From positions 1 to 28,838 of the IMG/VR virus record IMGVR_UViG_3300050150_000043: a stretch of DNA of 28,838 bases. One strand, given 5' to 3'. Every line of letters begins with the position of its first letter. Positions within the stretch are counted from its first letter, which is position 1. Origin of the DNA: a virus (lineage: Duplodnaviria > Caudoviricetes). Below, piece by piece: positions 10,288 through 19,108 of this stretch. The notes under the pieces were generated by a model. It was given only the letters and a program-made list of their open reading frames with translations. It searched no databases and had not been told where the DNA came from. The position numbers were made by a program, and so were the translations under genes.

Positions 10288-10329
10288 TAAAAAATCCCCC
10301 AAGGATACAATCCAAGGGGGATTTTTATT
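10288..10329. terminator. Bidirectional rho-independent terminator between the convergent blocks
   Basis: AAAAATCCCCC (10290-10300) and GGGGGATTTTT (10316-10326) form an inverted repeat, with inner GGAT/ATCC pairing and A/T runs on both sides. Confidence 0.88.
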
Positions 10330-10355
10330 GGGAGAGTGGGGAGTCAATTGCTGGG

Positions 10356-10661
10356 CTATACCTGCTCCTGGCTGGCTGGTGGAGTAGTGTAGACGATGCG
10401 CGATTTCCGTGACTTGGCAGCAGCCTCACGGTCAGCGTCCAGCCAAGAGCCATCCATTTGCGCGACCTGATACAACATTTTCCCGCTCGCTGGCTGTGCA
10501 GGTGCAGAGAGGGCAGACTCAGCGGCCTGCACAGCCGCCTGTATCTCGGCGATCTGCGCTTCGGCCTCCATGGTTGTTTTGGGCGGCGTTTGCGTCGTGA
10601 TGCGGTGCGCCTTGAGCAATCGCTTAATGGCCTCGCGCAGCAGTTGGGTTTGGTCGGTCAT
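10356..10661 (-). CDS. Hypothetical protein, about 101 aa (MTDQTQLLREAIKRLL...)
   Basis: ATG at 10661 overlaps the upstream stop (ATGA); has a 'SAPAQPAS' linker typical of phage mosaic proteins. Confidence 0.6.
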   Translation of the reverse strand: MTDQTQLLREAIKRLLKAHRITTQTPPKTTMEAEAQIAEIQAAVQAAESALSAPAQPASGKMLYQVAQMDGSWLDADREAAAKSRKSRIVYTTPPASQEQV

Positions 10662-10840
10662 TTGCGGCCCTTTCGTGCCTTGCGGGCGTTCTGCTTGTGG
10701 GTGGAGCGCTTGCGGGGTGGGCGGGTGGCATGCATCTTTTTGCGCGGCGACCAGATCGGTAGGTCGCACATGTCAAGACCATCGATATGTGCGGCACCCA
10801 TCGCAAGGGCGGCCATTGCGGCCATTCGGTTAAAGGTCAT
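10658..10840 (-). CDS. Small basic hypothetical protein, 60 aa
   Basis: GGAG RBS, coupled to its neighbours, K/R-rich C-terminus. Confidence 0.55.
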   Translation of the reverse strand: MTFNRMAAMAALAMGAAHIDGLDMCDLPIWSPRKKMHATRPPRKRSTHKQNARKARKGRK

Positions 10841-11081
10841 GGCTGGGCTCCTGGGTGGTGGAATTGGTCACTGGCACAAAGAGCGACGGGCACATCCAAC
10901 AACCCTCGCTGTCATCTTTCCCGGCCAGCAACCCCGCGAGCGACAGCCCGCGTGTGGTCATCCAGTGGCCGCCCTTCTCGCCACAGTTTTCGCAGGTGTG
11001 CTGGGCCAGTTCTGAGGCGCGCACCTTACGCATGAGGTCGCGGTGGGTGCGGCGGTTTTGGGCTCGTTGGTTGAAGTTCAC
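10830..11081 (-). CDS. Small putative zinc-binding protein, 83 aa
   Basis: CENCGEKGGHW...CWMC motif; GTGA overlap with the upstream gene. Confidence 0.55.
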   Translation of the reverse strand: MNFNQRAQNRRTHRDLMRKVRASELAQHTCENCGEKGGHWMTTRGLSLAGLLAGKDDSEGCWMCPSLFVPVTNSTTQEPSHDL

Positions 11082-11383
11082 TTGCTGTCACCTTCGGCAG
11101 GGGTGGTCACAGGTTTCGGCTTAAGCGTGATGTGAACGTCAAGCCCAAGGTGATCCGCAAACCTCGTCAGATGGCGCAACTCCGCGCGCTGCTTGCCAGA
11201 CTCGATATTGGTCACGCTGGAGCGTTCCAGGCCAAGCACTGCGGCGACTTCGGCCTGTGTCATCTGTGCGGCTTGCCGCATGTCAAACATCGCGGCTCCG
11301 ATCTGGTCGGCGTCGGGGTCAGGCTGAAGGTCGCGCTGCACAGGCTTGATGTTTCGGCGGTCTAGTTCGATTTTGGCTACCAT
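11078..11383 (-). CDS. XRE/Cro-family helix-turn-helix protein
   Basis: RQAAQMTQAEVAAVLGLERSSVTNIESGK is an HTH_3 signature; ATG at 11383 follows GGAG. Confidence 0.85.
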   Translation of the reverse strand: MVAKIELDRRNIKPVQRDLQPDPDADQIGAAMFDMRQAAQMTQAEVAAVLGLERSSVTNIESGKQRAELRHLTRFADHLGLDVHITLKPKPVTTPAEGDSK

Positions 11384-11384
11384 C

Positions 11385-12203
11385 TCAGCTCCCCCCTTCT
11401 GCCTGGGCGGCGGCGAGGGCCATTGCAGCATCGATAGCGGGGCTCAGTTGGGTTTCAGGCTCACCATCGTTCAGCGCAGCATCGATGAGGTCGTAGCCGT
11501 CGCCTCGTGCGTAGTTGTCCAGCAGCCACCGATACCGCGCCGCATCCCGCTGCACATCCGCATCCGGCTGCACTGGCGGGGTGGGGGAGGCAAGCGCAAG
11601 GACTTCACGGACAACACCGCGAAATCCCGGACGGTACAGCTTCAGATAGTCGCAGCCGTCCTCGTCTTGGCGGCATGCGTGCTCATTGAATACGTGATTG
11701 ATCTGCTCATCACTCAGCGCCGCAACCGGCACCGCAGCCACAGGTGCGGCAACCATGTTCCCGGCGTCAGGAAAATGGTCGGCGGGGGTGGAACCCATCA
11801 ACTTCGCGCAGCAATTAGAGGCAGCGCGCGACAGCTCGAAACCGGGCTCCCGCTCGTGAGTGATCTCGGATTGGGTGATCAGTACCTTGCATTGCTTGTC
11901 GCCAATCCACGCGAGCACACCTGCAAAGTCGCTGGGGGCCCCAGGTGCGGCAGGCCTGCCAGCTTCGTCGCACACCTCGTCCAGCATCCGCAGGGCGTCC
12001 AGCAGTTCTGACTTGGTCGCCTTGATGCCAGGGTTGCCTCCTGCTGCCTCCCATACCTCTTGCACACTGATTGATTCGTCGGCAGGCTGGCCCTCAGGCA
12101 TCACCACATCGCCTGATGCAATCAGGTCGTCGGCTAGCGCAGCAGACCCGTGTTTGTGGACGGGGGCGGCAGGCTGGCGGGATTGCAGTTCATCCTTACT
12201 CAT
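11385..12203 (-). CDS. Mosaic phage hypothetical protein, 272 aa (Ead/Eaa-like modular type)
   Basis: Short modules joined by P/A-rich linkers; DAARYRWL...AIDAAM module common in proteobacterial temperate phages. Confidence 0.65.
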   Translation of the reverse strand: MSKDELQSRQPAAPVHKHGSAALADDLIASGDVVMPEGQPADESISVQEVWEAAGGNPGIKATKSELLDALRMLDEVCDEAGRPAAPGAPSDFAGVLAWIGDKQCKVLITQSEITHEREPGFELSRAASNCCAKLMGSTPADHFPDAGNMVAAPVAAVPVAALSDEQINHVFNEHACRQDEDGCDYLKLYRPGFRGVVREVLALASPTPPVQPDADVQRDAARYRWLLDNYARGDGYDLIDAALNDGEPETQLSPAIDAAMALAAAQAEGGS

Positions 12204-12748
12204 TTCACTTCTCCTTCACCAACTGATTTGTCAGCCACCCAGTTTTCTGCGCCCACCAAGCTGAACTGGCGTGCCCGCTTGTTTGCATGCTCATGCAGAA
12301 TAGTGAACAGGTCAGGCTTCGTCCAACCAGCCGGCTTGAGGATCTTACCATCTGCACGCTTCAGCAAATTGCCATCACCACCCCGCCGCAGCTTTTCCAG
12401 ATTGCTAGCGTGCACCTCAATGAACGCGTCCGTAAAAGGCAAGTCCATTGTGTAACAGAGTTGCAGCACCACATAGATGGTATCCACTGCGCCGTCCAGA
12501 ACTTCTGTGAGATTTTCCAGGCTGGGGTGTTCCAGCCACTTATCAAGTGCCGGAAGCAGCTCTTCATTGCATTCTTCCACAATGAGTTTGCGTGCCAGCT
12601 TCACACCGTCGATAACGGCAGGGGAGATCGTGCTGCCAAGAGGTGCAGTCGGAACTTCCGCCTGAGATGGAAATTCCTCATACGTGGAATAGAAGCCAAA
12701 GCCAATCAGCCTGTTGATGACGTGCAGTTTCAGTTCATGTCGGTTCAT
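12200..12748 (-). CDS. MazG-like/all-alpha NTP pyrophosphohydrolase
   Basis: LIVEECNEE, EVLDGAVDTIYV, EVHASNLEK and RADGKILKPAGW motifs. Confidence 0.85.
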   Translation of the reverse strand: MNRHELKLHVINRLIGFGFYSTYEEFPSQAEVPTAPLGSTISPAVIDGVKLARKLIVEECNEELLPALDKWLEHPSLENLTEVLDGAVDTIYVVLQLCYTMDLPFTDAFIEVHASNLEKLRRGGDGNLLKRADGKILKPAGWTKPDLFTILHEHANKRARQFSLVGAENWVADKSVGEGEVK

Positions 12749-12756
12749 GCTGTTTC

Positions 12757-14022
12757 CTATATGACAAGTTTGGGTGCTTCAATAAGAAGCGAGTAGTCCA
12801 AGTATGGACGGGATGTGTTCAGCACCTGCCGAACAATTGCGTAACCCTGGCTAGATGCAGAGTTAGAAATCCATTGAATCTTGTTAGCTTCGATTAGATT
12901 CTGCAGGAGCTTTTGCAGCTGATCCACAGATTCCAAGTCCTGCTGTACATGCTTCCACAATTCCTTATCTCGCATCAGACCCTTAGCATCAGTAAGAACT
13001 GATACAATCTTGGCAGACACATCAGCATTCTTTGCTTTGCCATATTCTCCCATAGCCGCTGGCATGTGATGCTCAGCAAAGCTTAGGATGGAGTTGGCCA
13101 TGATGACGTCATGGCGACTGATTTCCGTGGAGAATCTGGCAGCACTGCACAACATACACACTTTCAACAAGTGGGTAAAACGTCGTGTCGAATAGTGCTG
13201 GAATCGGACATCATTGATTGGCTTAAAGCTACGGTACAGTGTATCAAGCATGCCCCGTGCTTCAGTTGTAATCGACGATTCGCCAACAACTTCATTGCGT
13301 ACTCGCGTAAAACACTCTTCAAGAGCAGATCGAATATCCTCGGATGGTCGCTCTGGAAATGTGATCTTGACGCCAGAAGGTTCTGAATACACCAACAAAA
13401 GACGAGATAGGAAACCTTGACCAATGGCCGCCGGTGGGAAGCAAGCGGTAAAGCCAGCGTGTGTATTGCCACCAAGTATAGAGACTGTCGGCTGGTAAAC
13501 CTGTATTGAAGCAGAATTCTTGAATCGCTGCTCGTAGGGTTTTGTTTCATCATCCCAATCCCACAAAGTGCCCAGCAGAGACAGAAAGTCCAAGTTGCCT
13601 GTGCCAGCAAAGTCGTTGAATTCGTCAGCTACAGCAAACACCTCTCTGACTGTGCCACCAACACCAGGTCCGAACAGTGTGTCCATAACCATGGAGTCGA
13701 TGGTAGTTTCTTTGGACTCTCCCATACCGGCAAGGTCCATGAGAAACTTTTCTTTGGATGATCGCTCGTAAGCAAACGTAGAATAGCCAGCTGCGGAGAT
13801 TGCTTTCCGCGCCAGCTTGATTGCTGTGCTCTTGCGAGTGCCAGGGTCGCCAATCAGCATCACATACATATTCGGGAAAATTCGGAACTCCCCAAACGGC
13901 AGGTGATATTGGCGACCTAGTAAAGCACCCAAGGATGACAACATGCTCCAGCGGTGGAACATCATTGGAGCCTCGGTGCGCTGCACATATTTGAAGTACG
14001 TATCGAACAGTGGATATTCCAC
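12757..14022 (-). CDS. DUF3987/YfjI-like P-loop ATPase, candidate replicative helicase
   Basis: PNMYVMLIGDPGTRKSTA (Walker A), VADEF (Walker B), GFLSRLL (arginine finger-like) and a probable C-terminal winged helix; GTG start with an AGGAG RBS. Confidence 0.7.
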   Translation of the reverse strand: MEYPLFDTYFKYVQRTEAPMMFHRWSMLSSLGALLGRQYHLPFGEFRIFPNMYVMLIGDPGTRKSTAIKLARKAISAAGYSTFAYERSSKEKFLMDLAGMGESKETTIDSMVMDTLFGPGVGGTVREVFAVADEFNDFAGTGNLDFLSLLGTLWDWDDETKPYEQRFKNSASIQVYQPTVSILGGNTHAGFTACFPPAAIGQGFLSRLLLVYSEPSGVKITFPERPSEDIRSALEECFTRVRNEVVGESSITTEARGMLDTLYRSFKPINDVRFQHYSTRRFTHLLKVCMLCSAARFSTEISRHDVIMANSILSFAEHHMPAAMGEYGKAKNADVSAKIVSVLTDAKGLMRDKELWKHVQQDLESVDQLQKLLQNLIEANKIQWISNSASSQGYAIVRQVLNTSRPYLDYSLLIEAPKLVI

Positions 14023-14068
14023 GTGGCTACTCCTATTTGCCTGTCGGGGAGTGCTGTTTTATTTTGTC

Positions 14069-14326
14069 TTACAGATCGCGGATGGCAGTAAGAACCATCG
14101 CCTCGTCGTCCACCGTGAAGTTGCACTGAGGCACCACGGCCTGCAAGTGGAGCCCGCACATGGTGATGCGGACATCATCGGTTGCATTGGCAAACTGTTC
14201 ACGACGTTCTTGTGGCCACTTCCATGGGTGATTGCAGCATGACATGTCAGGCGTGCATTCATTGCGTTCTAGGTTGTGGATTGAATTGCCTTGGACCCAG
14301 AGGTCGAGTTGTTCTTTCGGTGTCAT
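14069..14326 (-). CDS. Hypothetical protein, 85 aa (H...ECTPDMSCC)
   Basis: ATGA overlap with the polymerase stop; Cys/His cluster. Confidence 0.65.
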   Translation of the reverse strand: MTPKEQLDLWVQGNSIHNLERNECTPDMSCCNHPWKWPQERREQFANATDDVRITMCGLHLQAVVPQCNFTVDDEAMVLTAIRDL

Positions 14327-16614
14327 TTCAACATGCTCCAGTGTGTCTTGCCTGCACTGATGTCAGGCGGGATTACCATGGTACGTTTGACACCTTTGAT
14401 GTCACGCACCTCAACAGAAATTCGCATCATGTCTGCTACGTATTGCGGCACCCAGGGTTCGGTCTGCTTGTAGCCATACAACAGAGAGTCGTGAATGTTG
14501 GCCTTCAGACGGAACACACCACGTAGCTTCCCGTACAGCATATCGCGATAGATCGGCATCATTGCCTTGCAGCAAAGAATCTTAGCCGACAAGTTCTGAG
14601 GACCGTGGGCAACTGCACTGTTGAATGCGTCCTTCGATTTGGCAGGATTGCCAAAGAAGTACCGAGTCCAGCCTAGAGGGGAGACCAATCGCTTTGTCAG
14701 ACTGATTGTGCGCTTGATGTCGTCATACCAGGTACTCTTAACTTCAGGATATGCCTTGGAATAGCGGGACAGCAGGAAGTCGCACACCTCCAGCAACGAC
14801 ATCTTGGACGGCAGCTTCAGAGTTTCCTTGGCTTCTCTCACCTTCTTAGGACCCATGGTAATCAACAACATGTACTTGGTCATGTTGTAGTTGGCCCCGT
14901 GATTAACCCGCTTGGAGAGATCACGCAGTGGTTTGTTAAGAGTCTTGCCAAACTCGTTACTGTAGACAGACTCATAGGGAACTCCAAAAAAGCGAGCGGC
15001 GTTCCAGGCATGATAGTCGTTTTCAGATTCAACCAAGTCGATAAGCGCTGTACATCCACTAATATAACCCACGCACCGTGCTTCTGATTGAGCAAAGTCA
15101 TTCTCTCCGAGTAGCCATCCGGCATCTGCCGTGACCCAGCACTTAACTTCATGACCTCTTGGGATATTCTGTATCTGCAACCCGCACCAGAAGGAAGACT
15201 CGGCAGATGCAAGGCGGCCAGAGTCAGTTCCGTCCGCTTTGATTCGGTAAAAAAGACGGCCGTTCCACATCTTATCCCACACAAGATATGTATCTCTGAG
15301 CTTAGCAAGTCCTCGATATTCCAGAACCTCGGCAAGGATACGCTCTGTAAGCGGGTGGGTGTCAGATGCTTGGACGATTGTGGGCTCGTCTGAAGAAGTA
15401 ACTTCTCCATTCCGATCCCGATATCCAAGGACCCATAGAAGTCGCTTAACCTGATCTGGTGAGCGTGGGTTGAAATCAGGATGAATCCATCGCCTAAGTT
15501 TACCGAGTGACTCATCAATCTCTTTCGTTGTTTCAGCCAGCTGGTCGTCGAACGCGGTCTTGTCAGTTGCCAAACCATCCAGCTCCATGTGGAGATTGGG
15601 GAAGTTTATTGGGAACTCTTGCAGATAGTTTGCACGCGCCCAATCTGGCATTTCCATAAGAAGCGTGACGGCGGCACAGACAGTGGACCAGCAGTCCCGA
15701 GCGTTGTACTCGTAGTACTCGTAACTTCCACCGCTGGAGGAGTCGTCTTTCCAGTAGCGAATATAACGGCAAGCAAAAGCAGTGACGTAATCGAGCCGCT
15801 TAGGAAGCTCCGAATACCAAGCATGGAACAAATTGCTGGTGTCATACATCCAGTTGTCAAGAGGACACCCATATCGAAGAAAGTAAACTGCATCATAGGT
15901 ACCCCCTGCCATCACTTTGGGTGACTTTGTTGCGTTCAGTTCCCGCATACGCAGGACAGCTTTCATTGACTTTATTGGGAGAACCACTGTGTGAGCAGTA
16001 CCGTCCACAGCAAGATAACAATAGCCACAGCAGTTAATTGATCTGTGCGGGCTGTCCTTTTCTGTTTCAATGTCAACGCCAACGAGTACAGCACTGTTAA
16101 CAGCAGCAACAATGCGAGCAAATTGCTCATCATCTGTGTTGTCATCCACAATCTCCCAGGTGAAGTTAGGCTGAGGCAGCCAGTTCTGCGGCTTGGTGAT
16201 CTTGCTGATGTGCCGCTTGAAGATGTAGTCAGCTTCCGGAACGGTAATCAGGTGACGTAGTGGATTGAGAAACAGTAGGTCACAGTCCTTTGTGTGCCCA
16301 ATCAGTGAGGCTGGCAGCTTGATAAAACTACCATGGTAGTCATTCAAGGACAGGTTGCCGTCGCTGCCATTCTTGTTCTTGGGCATGCGAAAGTCCGGCA
16401 CCAGCTGGAGCAGCGGCTTCACCAGCTTGATGTCGGACACAATGACAGCATCCAGCTCCAGCTTGCGAATCATTGCCACAACCTGCTGGGCATACTCGAA
16501 CTTACCAAATGCCACCTTCACATTGTGTGCACCGATCAATTCGCGCAGCTTCTCAGACATGCCACGGCAATCTTCCGATCCAAATACGCCAATGTTCAGC
16601 ATGTGGTTGTCCAT
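14323..16614 (-). CDS. polA: DNA polymerase family A with 3'-5' exonuclease and a degenerate N-terminal UDG-like domain
   Basis: ExoI VDIETE, ExoIII YNARD, GTDSGRLAS, QIQNIPR, motif A DFAQSEAR, motif B RDLSKRVNHGANY, motif C NIHDS. Confidence 0.95.
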   Translation of the reverse strand: MDNHMLNIGVFGSEDCRGMSEKLRELIGAHNVKVAFGKFEYAQQVVAMIRKLELDAVIVSDIKLVKPLLQLVPDFRMPKNKNGSDGNLSLNDYHGSFIKLPASLIGHTKDCDLLFLNPLRHLITVPEADYIFKRHISKITKPQNWLPQPNFTWEIVDDNTDDEQFARIVAAVNSAVLVGVDIETEKDSPHRSINCCGYCYLAVDGTAHTVVLPIKSMKAVLRMRELNATKSPKVMAGGTYDAVYFLRYGCPLDNWMYDTSNLFHAWYSELPKRLDYVTAFACRYIRYWKDDSSSGGSYEYYEYNARDCWSTVCAAVTLLMEMPDWARANYLQEFPINFPNLHMELDGLATDKTAFDDQLAETTKEIDESLGKLRRWIHPDFNPRSPDQVKRLLWVLGYRDRNGEVTSSDEPTIVQASDTHPLTERILAEVLEYRGLAKLRDTYLVWDKMWNGRLFYRIKADGTDSGRLASAESSFWCGLQIQNIPRGHEVKCWVTADAGWLLGENDFAQSEARCVGYISGCTALIDLVESENDYHAWNAARFFGVPYESVYSNEFGKTLNKPLRDLSKRVNHGANYNMTKYMLLITMGPKKVREAKETLKLPSKMSLLEVCDFLLSRYSKAYPEVKSTWYDDIKRTISLTKRLVSPLGWTRYFFGNPAKSKDAFNSAVAHGPQNLSAKILCCKAMMPIYRDMLYGKLRGVFRLKANIHDSLLYGYKQTEPWVPQYVADMMRISVEVRDIKGVKRTMVIPPDISAGKTHWSMLK

Positions 16615-16793
16615 GTTGGGAGTGGGTTGTTGAGATATTGCAAGACTTCAGCTTGCTGCTGTGTGATTTGTAGTGGCTGATACTGCTCGCCTGCAACTTC
16701 CAGCTTGCGGCACTGGATTGAGTACTGCGCATACAGCGTGTCCAGCATGTCCAGTCGCTTGTAATTCTGCACACGGATTTCGCGGTCAGTCAT
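16596..16793 (-). CDS. Hypothetical protein, 65 aa (MTDREIRVQNY...)
   Basis: AAGGAG RBS before the ATG at 16793; overlaps the polymerase start. Confidence 0.55.
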   Translation of the reverse strand: MTDREIRVQNYKRLDMLDTLYAQYSIQCRKLEVAGEQYQPLQITQQQAEVLQYLNNPLPTWTTTC

Positions 16794-16868
16794 AATCTTC
16801 TCCTTGAATATGCACCAGCCAGTGATGCAAATGCAAGAAGCCACACTAGGTGGCTCCAGGGTTTGACG

Positions 16869-17291
16869 TTACACGTCTTTGCCGTCAGTTAGCACCAGAC
16901 CTGCACCAGGCGTGTCTGAATACGCAACTTTGTCAGTGAATTCCTGCTGGTTGTGGCTGGCCTTGACCACTTCCATGCCAGCTTCTTCCTTGTGCTTCTT
17001 CACTCGGTACGGCATCCAGGTTGCAAGAGTGCCGAACTCATAATCGTGGCCATGCGCAATTTCGGGACTGTAATCGTACAGCTGCACATCTTCCAAGACG
17101 CCAGCACTGCCGGTGTGGTCAACAACATCCAGTGTCACTGTTCCGTCACATTTGACGAACACAATAGTGGCGTCCAGAGCTTGCCGGGCATCCAGGATGT
17201 TGTAGTTTTCCAACTCGGTGGCGTCGATCCACAGCCAGACCTTGCGGCCGATCGTAGGAGCTTGACTGGATGCGGGAAGATTGAGACTCAT
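16869..17291 (-). CDS. Hypothetical phage protein, 140 aa
   Basis: GGAG RBS; 'PTIGRKVW...ATIVFV' beta-rich pattern. Confidence 0.7.
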   Translation of the reverse strand: MSLNLPASSQAPTIGRKVWLWIDATELENYNILDARQALDATIVFVKCDGTVTLDVVDHTGSAGVLEDVQLYDYSPEIAHGHDYEFGTLATWMPYRVKKHKEEAGMEVVKASHNQQEFTDKVAYSDTPGAGLVLTDGKDV

Positions 17292-17363
17292 GTAATTCTC
17301 CAGGTAGTTAACAGATTTTGGCAGTTTTGTTTAGGCTTGAGGTCTGCCAACTCAGCCGACTGC

Positions 17364-17855
17364 TTACAGCACGATCAACGACTTGACACGGAAGTTGTAG
17401 TCGTCATCCGCACCGCCTTTGCGCAGCACACGGCGCAGCGACAAGTTGGCCAGGGTTTCCTGCACCTTGCCGGTGATCTCGCCAATGGTGACTTGCTTCC
17501 AGTTGTCAGGGAAGAAGTGCTGGGCGAACGGCACGATGGAAGTCTTGAACATTGCGATGCCGGTTTCATTGGGCTTGCCGTCGGACTTCTTGACATAGCA
17601 GCCATTCTGCCATTGCTGGCCGACCACCACTTCGGAGGCTTCAGCTTCGTCAGCGACTTCACCGATTTCCACCACCACATAGGAAGTGATCAGGGCGTCT
17701 TTGCCGTTGACTTCCTTGCGGTCGATCGAGATCTTGACGGTGTAGTTGCCAGTGGGGGGAATGGCAAGCGGTGGCAACTCGTCGATGTCATCCATCGTAG
17801 CGTTGAGGAGGTCATCGACGTTGTCGAAAGCAGCATTGCGAGAGAGATCAGACAT
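17364..17855 (-). CDS. DUF669-like putative single-stranded DNA-binding protein
   Basis: Acidic N-terminus, 'PPTGNYTVKI' motif, beta-rich sequence; near a Sak4-like ATPase; GGAG RBS. Confidence 0.55.
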   Translation of the reverse strand: MSDLSRNAAFDNVDDLLNATMDDIDELPPLAIPPTGNYTVKISIDRKEVNGKDALITSYVVVEIGEVADEAEASEVVVGQQWQNGCYVKKSDGKPNETGIAMFKTSIVPFAQHFFPDNWKQVTIGEITGKVQETLANLSLRRVLRKGGADDDYNFRVKSLIVL

Positions 17856-17939
17856 AGTAAACTCCGAAAGGAAATGAAAGAAAGGAACAAATGTAGTGGA
17901 TTACCACCATCAACAGGTTACTGTTATCAGGCAACAGAG

Positions 17940-18212
17940 TTACGGAGCGTTGCCAGTCTCCGGAGATTCAGAATAGTCCAACTGCAGAATCAGCTGCAAG
18001 TAATGGATCGCTTTTTCAATGTCTTGCTTACCGTTCTTGCTGCGATGGCGAGTGACATACTTGATGACGTTGCCTTCCAGATACGGCAGCTTGTTCGCGT
18101 GGATGTACTGGACTGGCTGAATCGGAAGCAACTTATAGTGGTCGCCGCCTGCTTGAATGTCCAGCGCACTTTTGTGAGTTGGCTTGAGTTCCATTACTTG
18201 AGGCATATCCAT
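17940..18212 (-). CDS. DUF3310 family protein (T7 gp1.7/SaV-related)
   Basis: Q.GGDHYK, EGNVIKYVTR and KNGKQDIEKAIHYL signature. Confidence 0.88.
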   Translation of the reverse strand: MDMPQVMELKPTHKSALDIQAGGDHYKLLPIQPVQYIHANKLPYLEGNVIKYVTRHRSKNGKQDIEKAIHYLQLILQLDYSESPETGNAP

Positions 18213-18214
18213 GA

Positions 18215-19108
18215 TTACAGTCCTTCCTTCACCCAGTCGATCTTCACTTCCTTGCCAGCTTTCAGCAATTCATAAGTTTCAGGTCGGAACATGGGGAGAA
18301 TGGACAGCTCAGGCAGCAGGTCCAGCATCAGACCAGATCGACCACCTGACTGCACCTTGTTGGAGAACACAGTGGAATTGGTGATACGATGCTTACCGTT
18401 CATGATGTGGCAATACACAACCTCGTCAAAGAACTTGCTGGAAGTCTTGGAGTGGTTGCGAGTGCCAGCGGCAGGTGCAATCTTTTCCGGAGCTTTGTCA
18501 TCCTTCTCCGTGTCGATCTCATGTGAAATGCAAATGACATTCACCGGCATGACTTGGATCATGTTGAAGATGTTGTCCAGTGCATAGCCTTGCACGCGGT
18601 AGTCATCCCACTCAAACTTGTAGTTCTCACCCTGCTTCTGCAACTCCTTCTGCACAGCTTTATTGATGGCAGACATGCCAAGCTGGGTGATGGAGTCAAT
18701 GACCAGGATATCCCGAGGTGTGAACTTTGTCAAGTCAATCTCAGAATTGGAGGATCCAGGGATGGCTGCGCACTTGGCACAGTTGATGGCGCCATGATTG
18801 AAGCACACCTTCTTCAGCCCGCCCTTGACAATCTCCTTCATGGTAGTGATTGCAATGGGGTAATTCTGATGGTCCGGAATGTTGAGGTAGTTCACATTCT
18901 TACGACCATCAGCAGTCAGCCATGGCTTGCCCTTGGGGTCATTGCCGAACAACACTTTGATGCCCCGCTCCAGGTCACACCAATGCAGGCGGAAACCGTA
19001 ATTGGCCAGCACACCGGCGATCACCGACTTGCCCACTTTGGGCGGGCCATACAGTTCAACGTGAGTGACGTTGTCAACTGCCAACGCTTGGAGTTCATCA
19101 AGATTCAT
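18215..19108 (-). CDS. AAA_24/Sak4-like RecA-fold ATPase
   Basis: LYGPPKVGKS (Walker A), DLERG, LVIDSITQ (Walker B), VICISHE and FDEVVY; extra CxxH...CxxC insert. Confidence 0.8.
   Translation of the reverse strand: MNLDELQALAVDNVTHVELYGPPKVGKSVIAGVLANYGFRLHWCDLERGIKVLFGNDPKGKPWLTADGRKNVNYLNIPDHQNYPIAITTMKEIVKGGLKKVCFNHGAINCAKCAAIPGSSNSEIDLTKFTPRDILVIDSITQLGMSAINKAVQKELQKQGENYKFEWDDYRVQGYALDNIFNMIQVMPVNVICISHEIDTEKDDKAPEKIAPAAGTRNHSKTSSKFFDEVVYCHIMNGKHRITNSTVFSNKVQSGGRSGLMLDLLPELSILPMFRPETYELLKAGKEVKIDWVKEGL

Noticed and set aside
11078-11383. HTH as a lysogeny repressor
   Set aside because: No integrase, divergent promoter pair or S24 peptidase domain; it lies mid-operon in the GC-rich cassette.
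16953-18275. 440-aa + strand ORF
   Set aside because: Antisense shadow over several minus-strand genes with clear motifs and RBSs; the translation is not protein-like.
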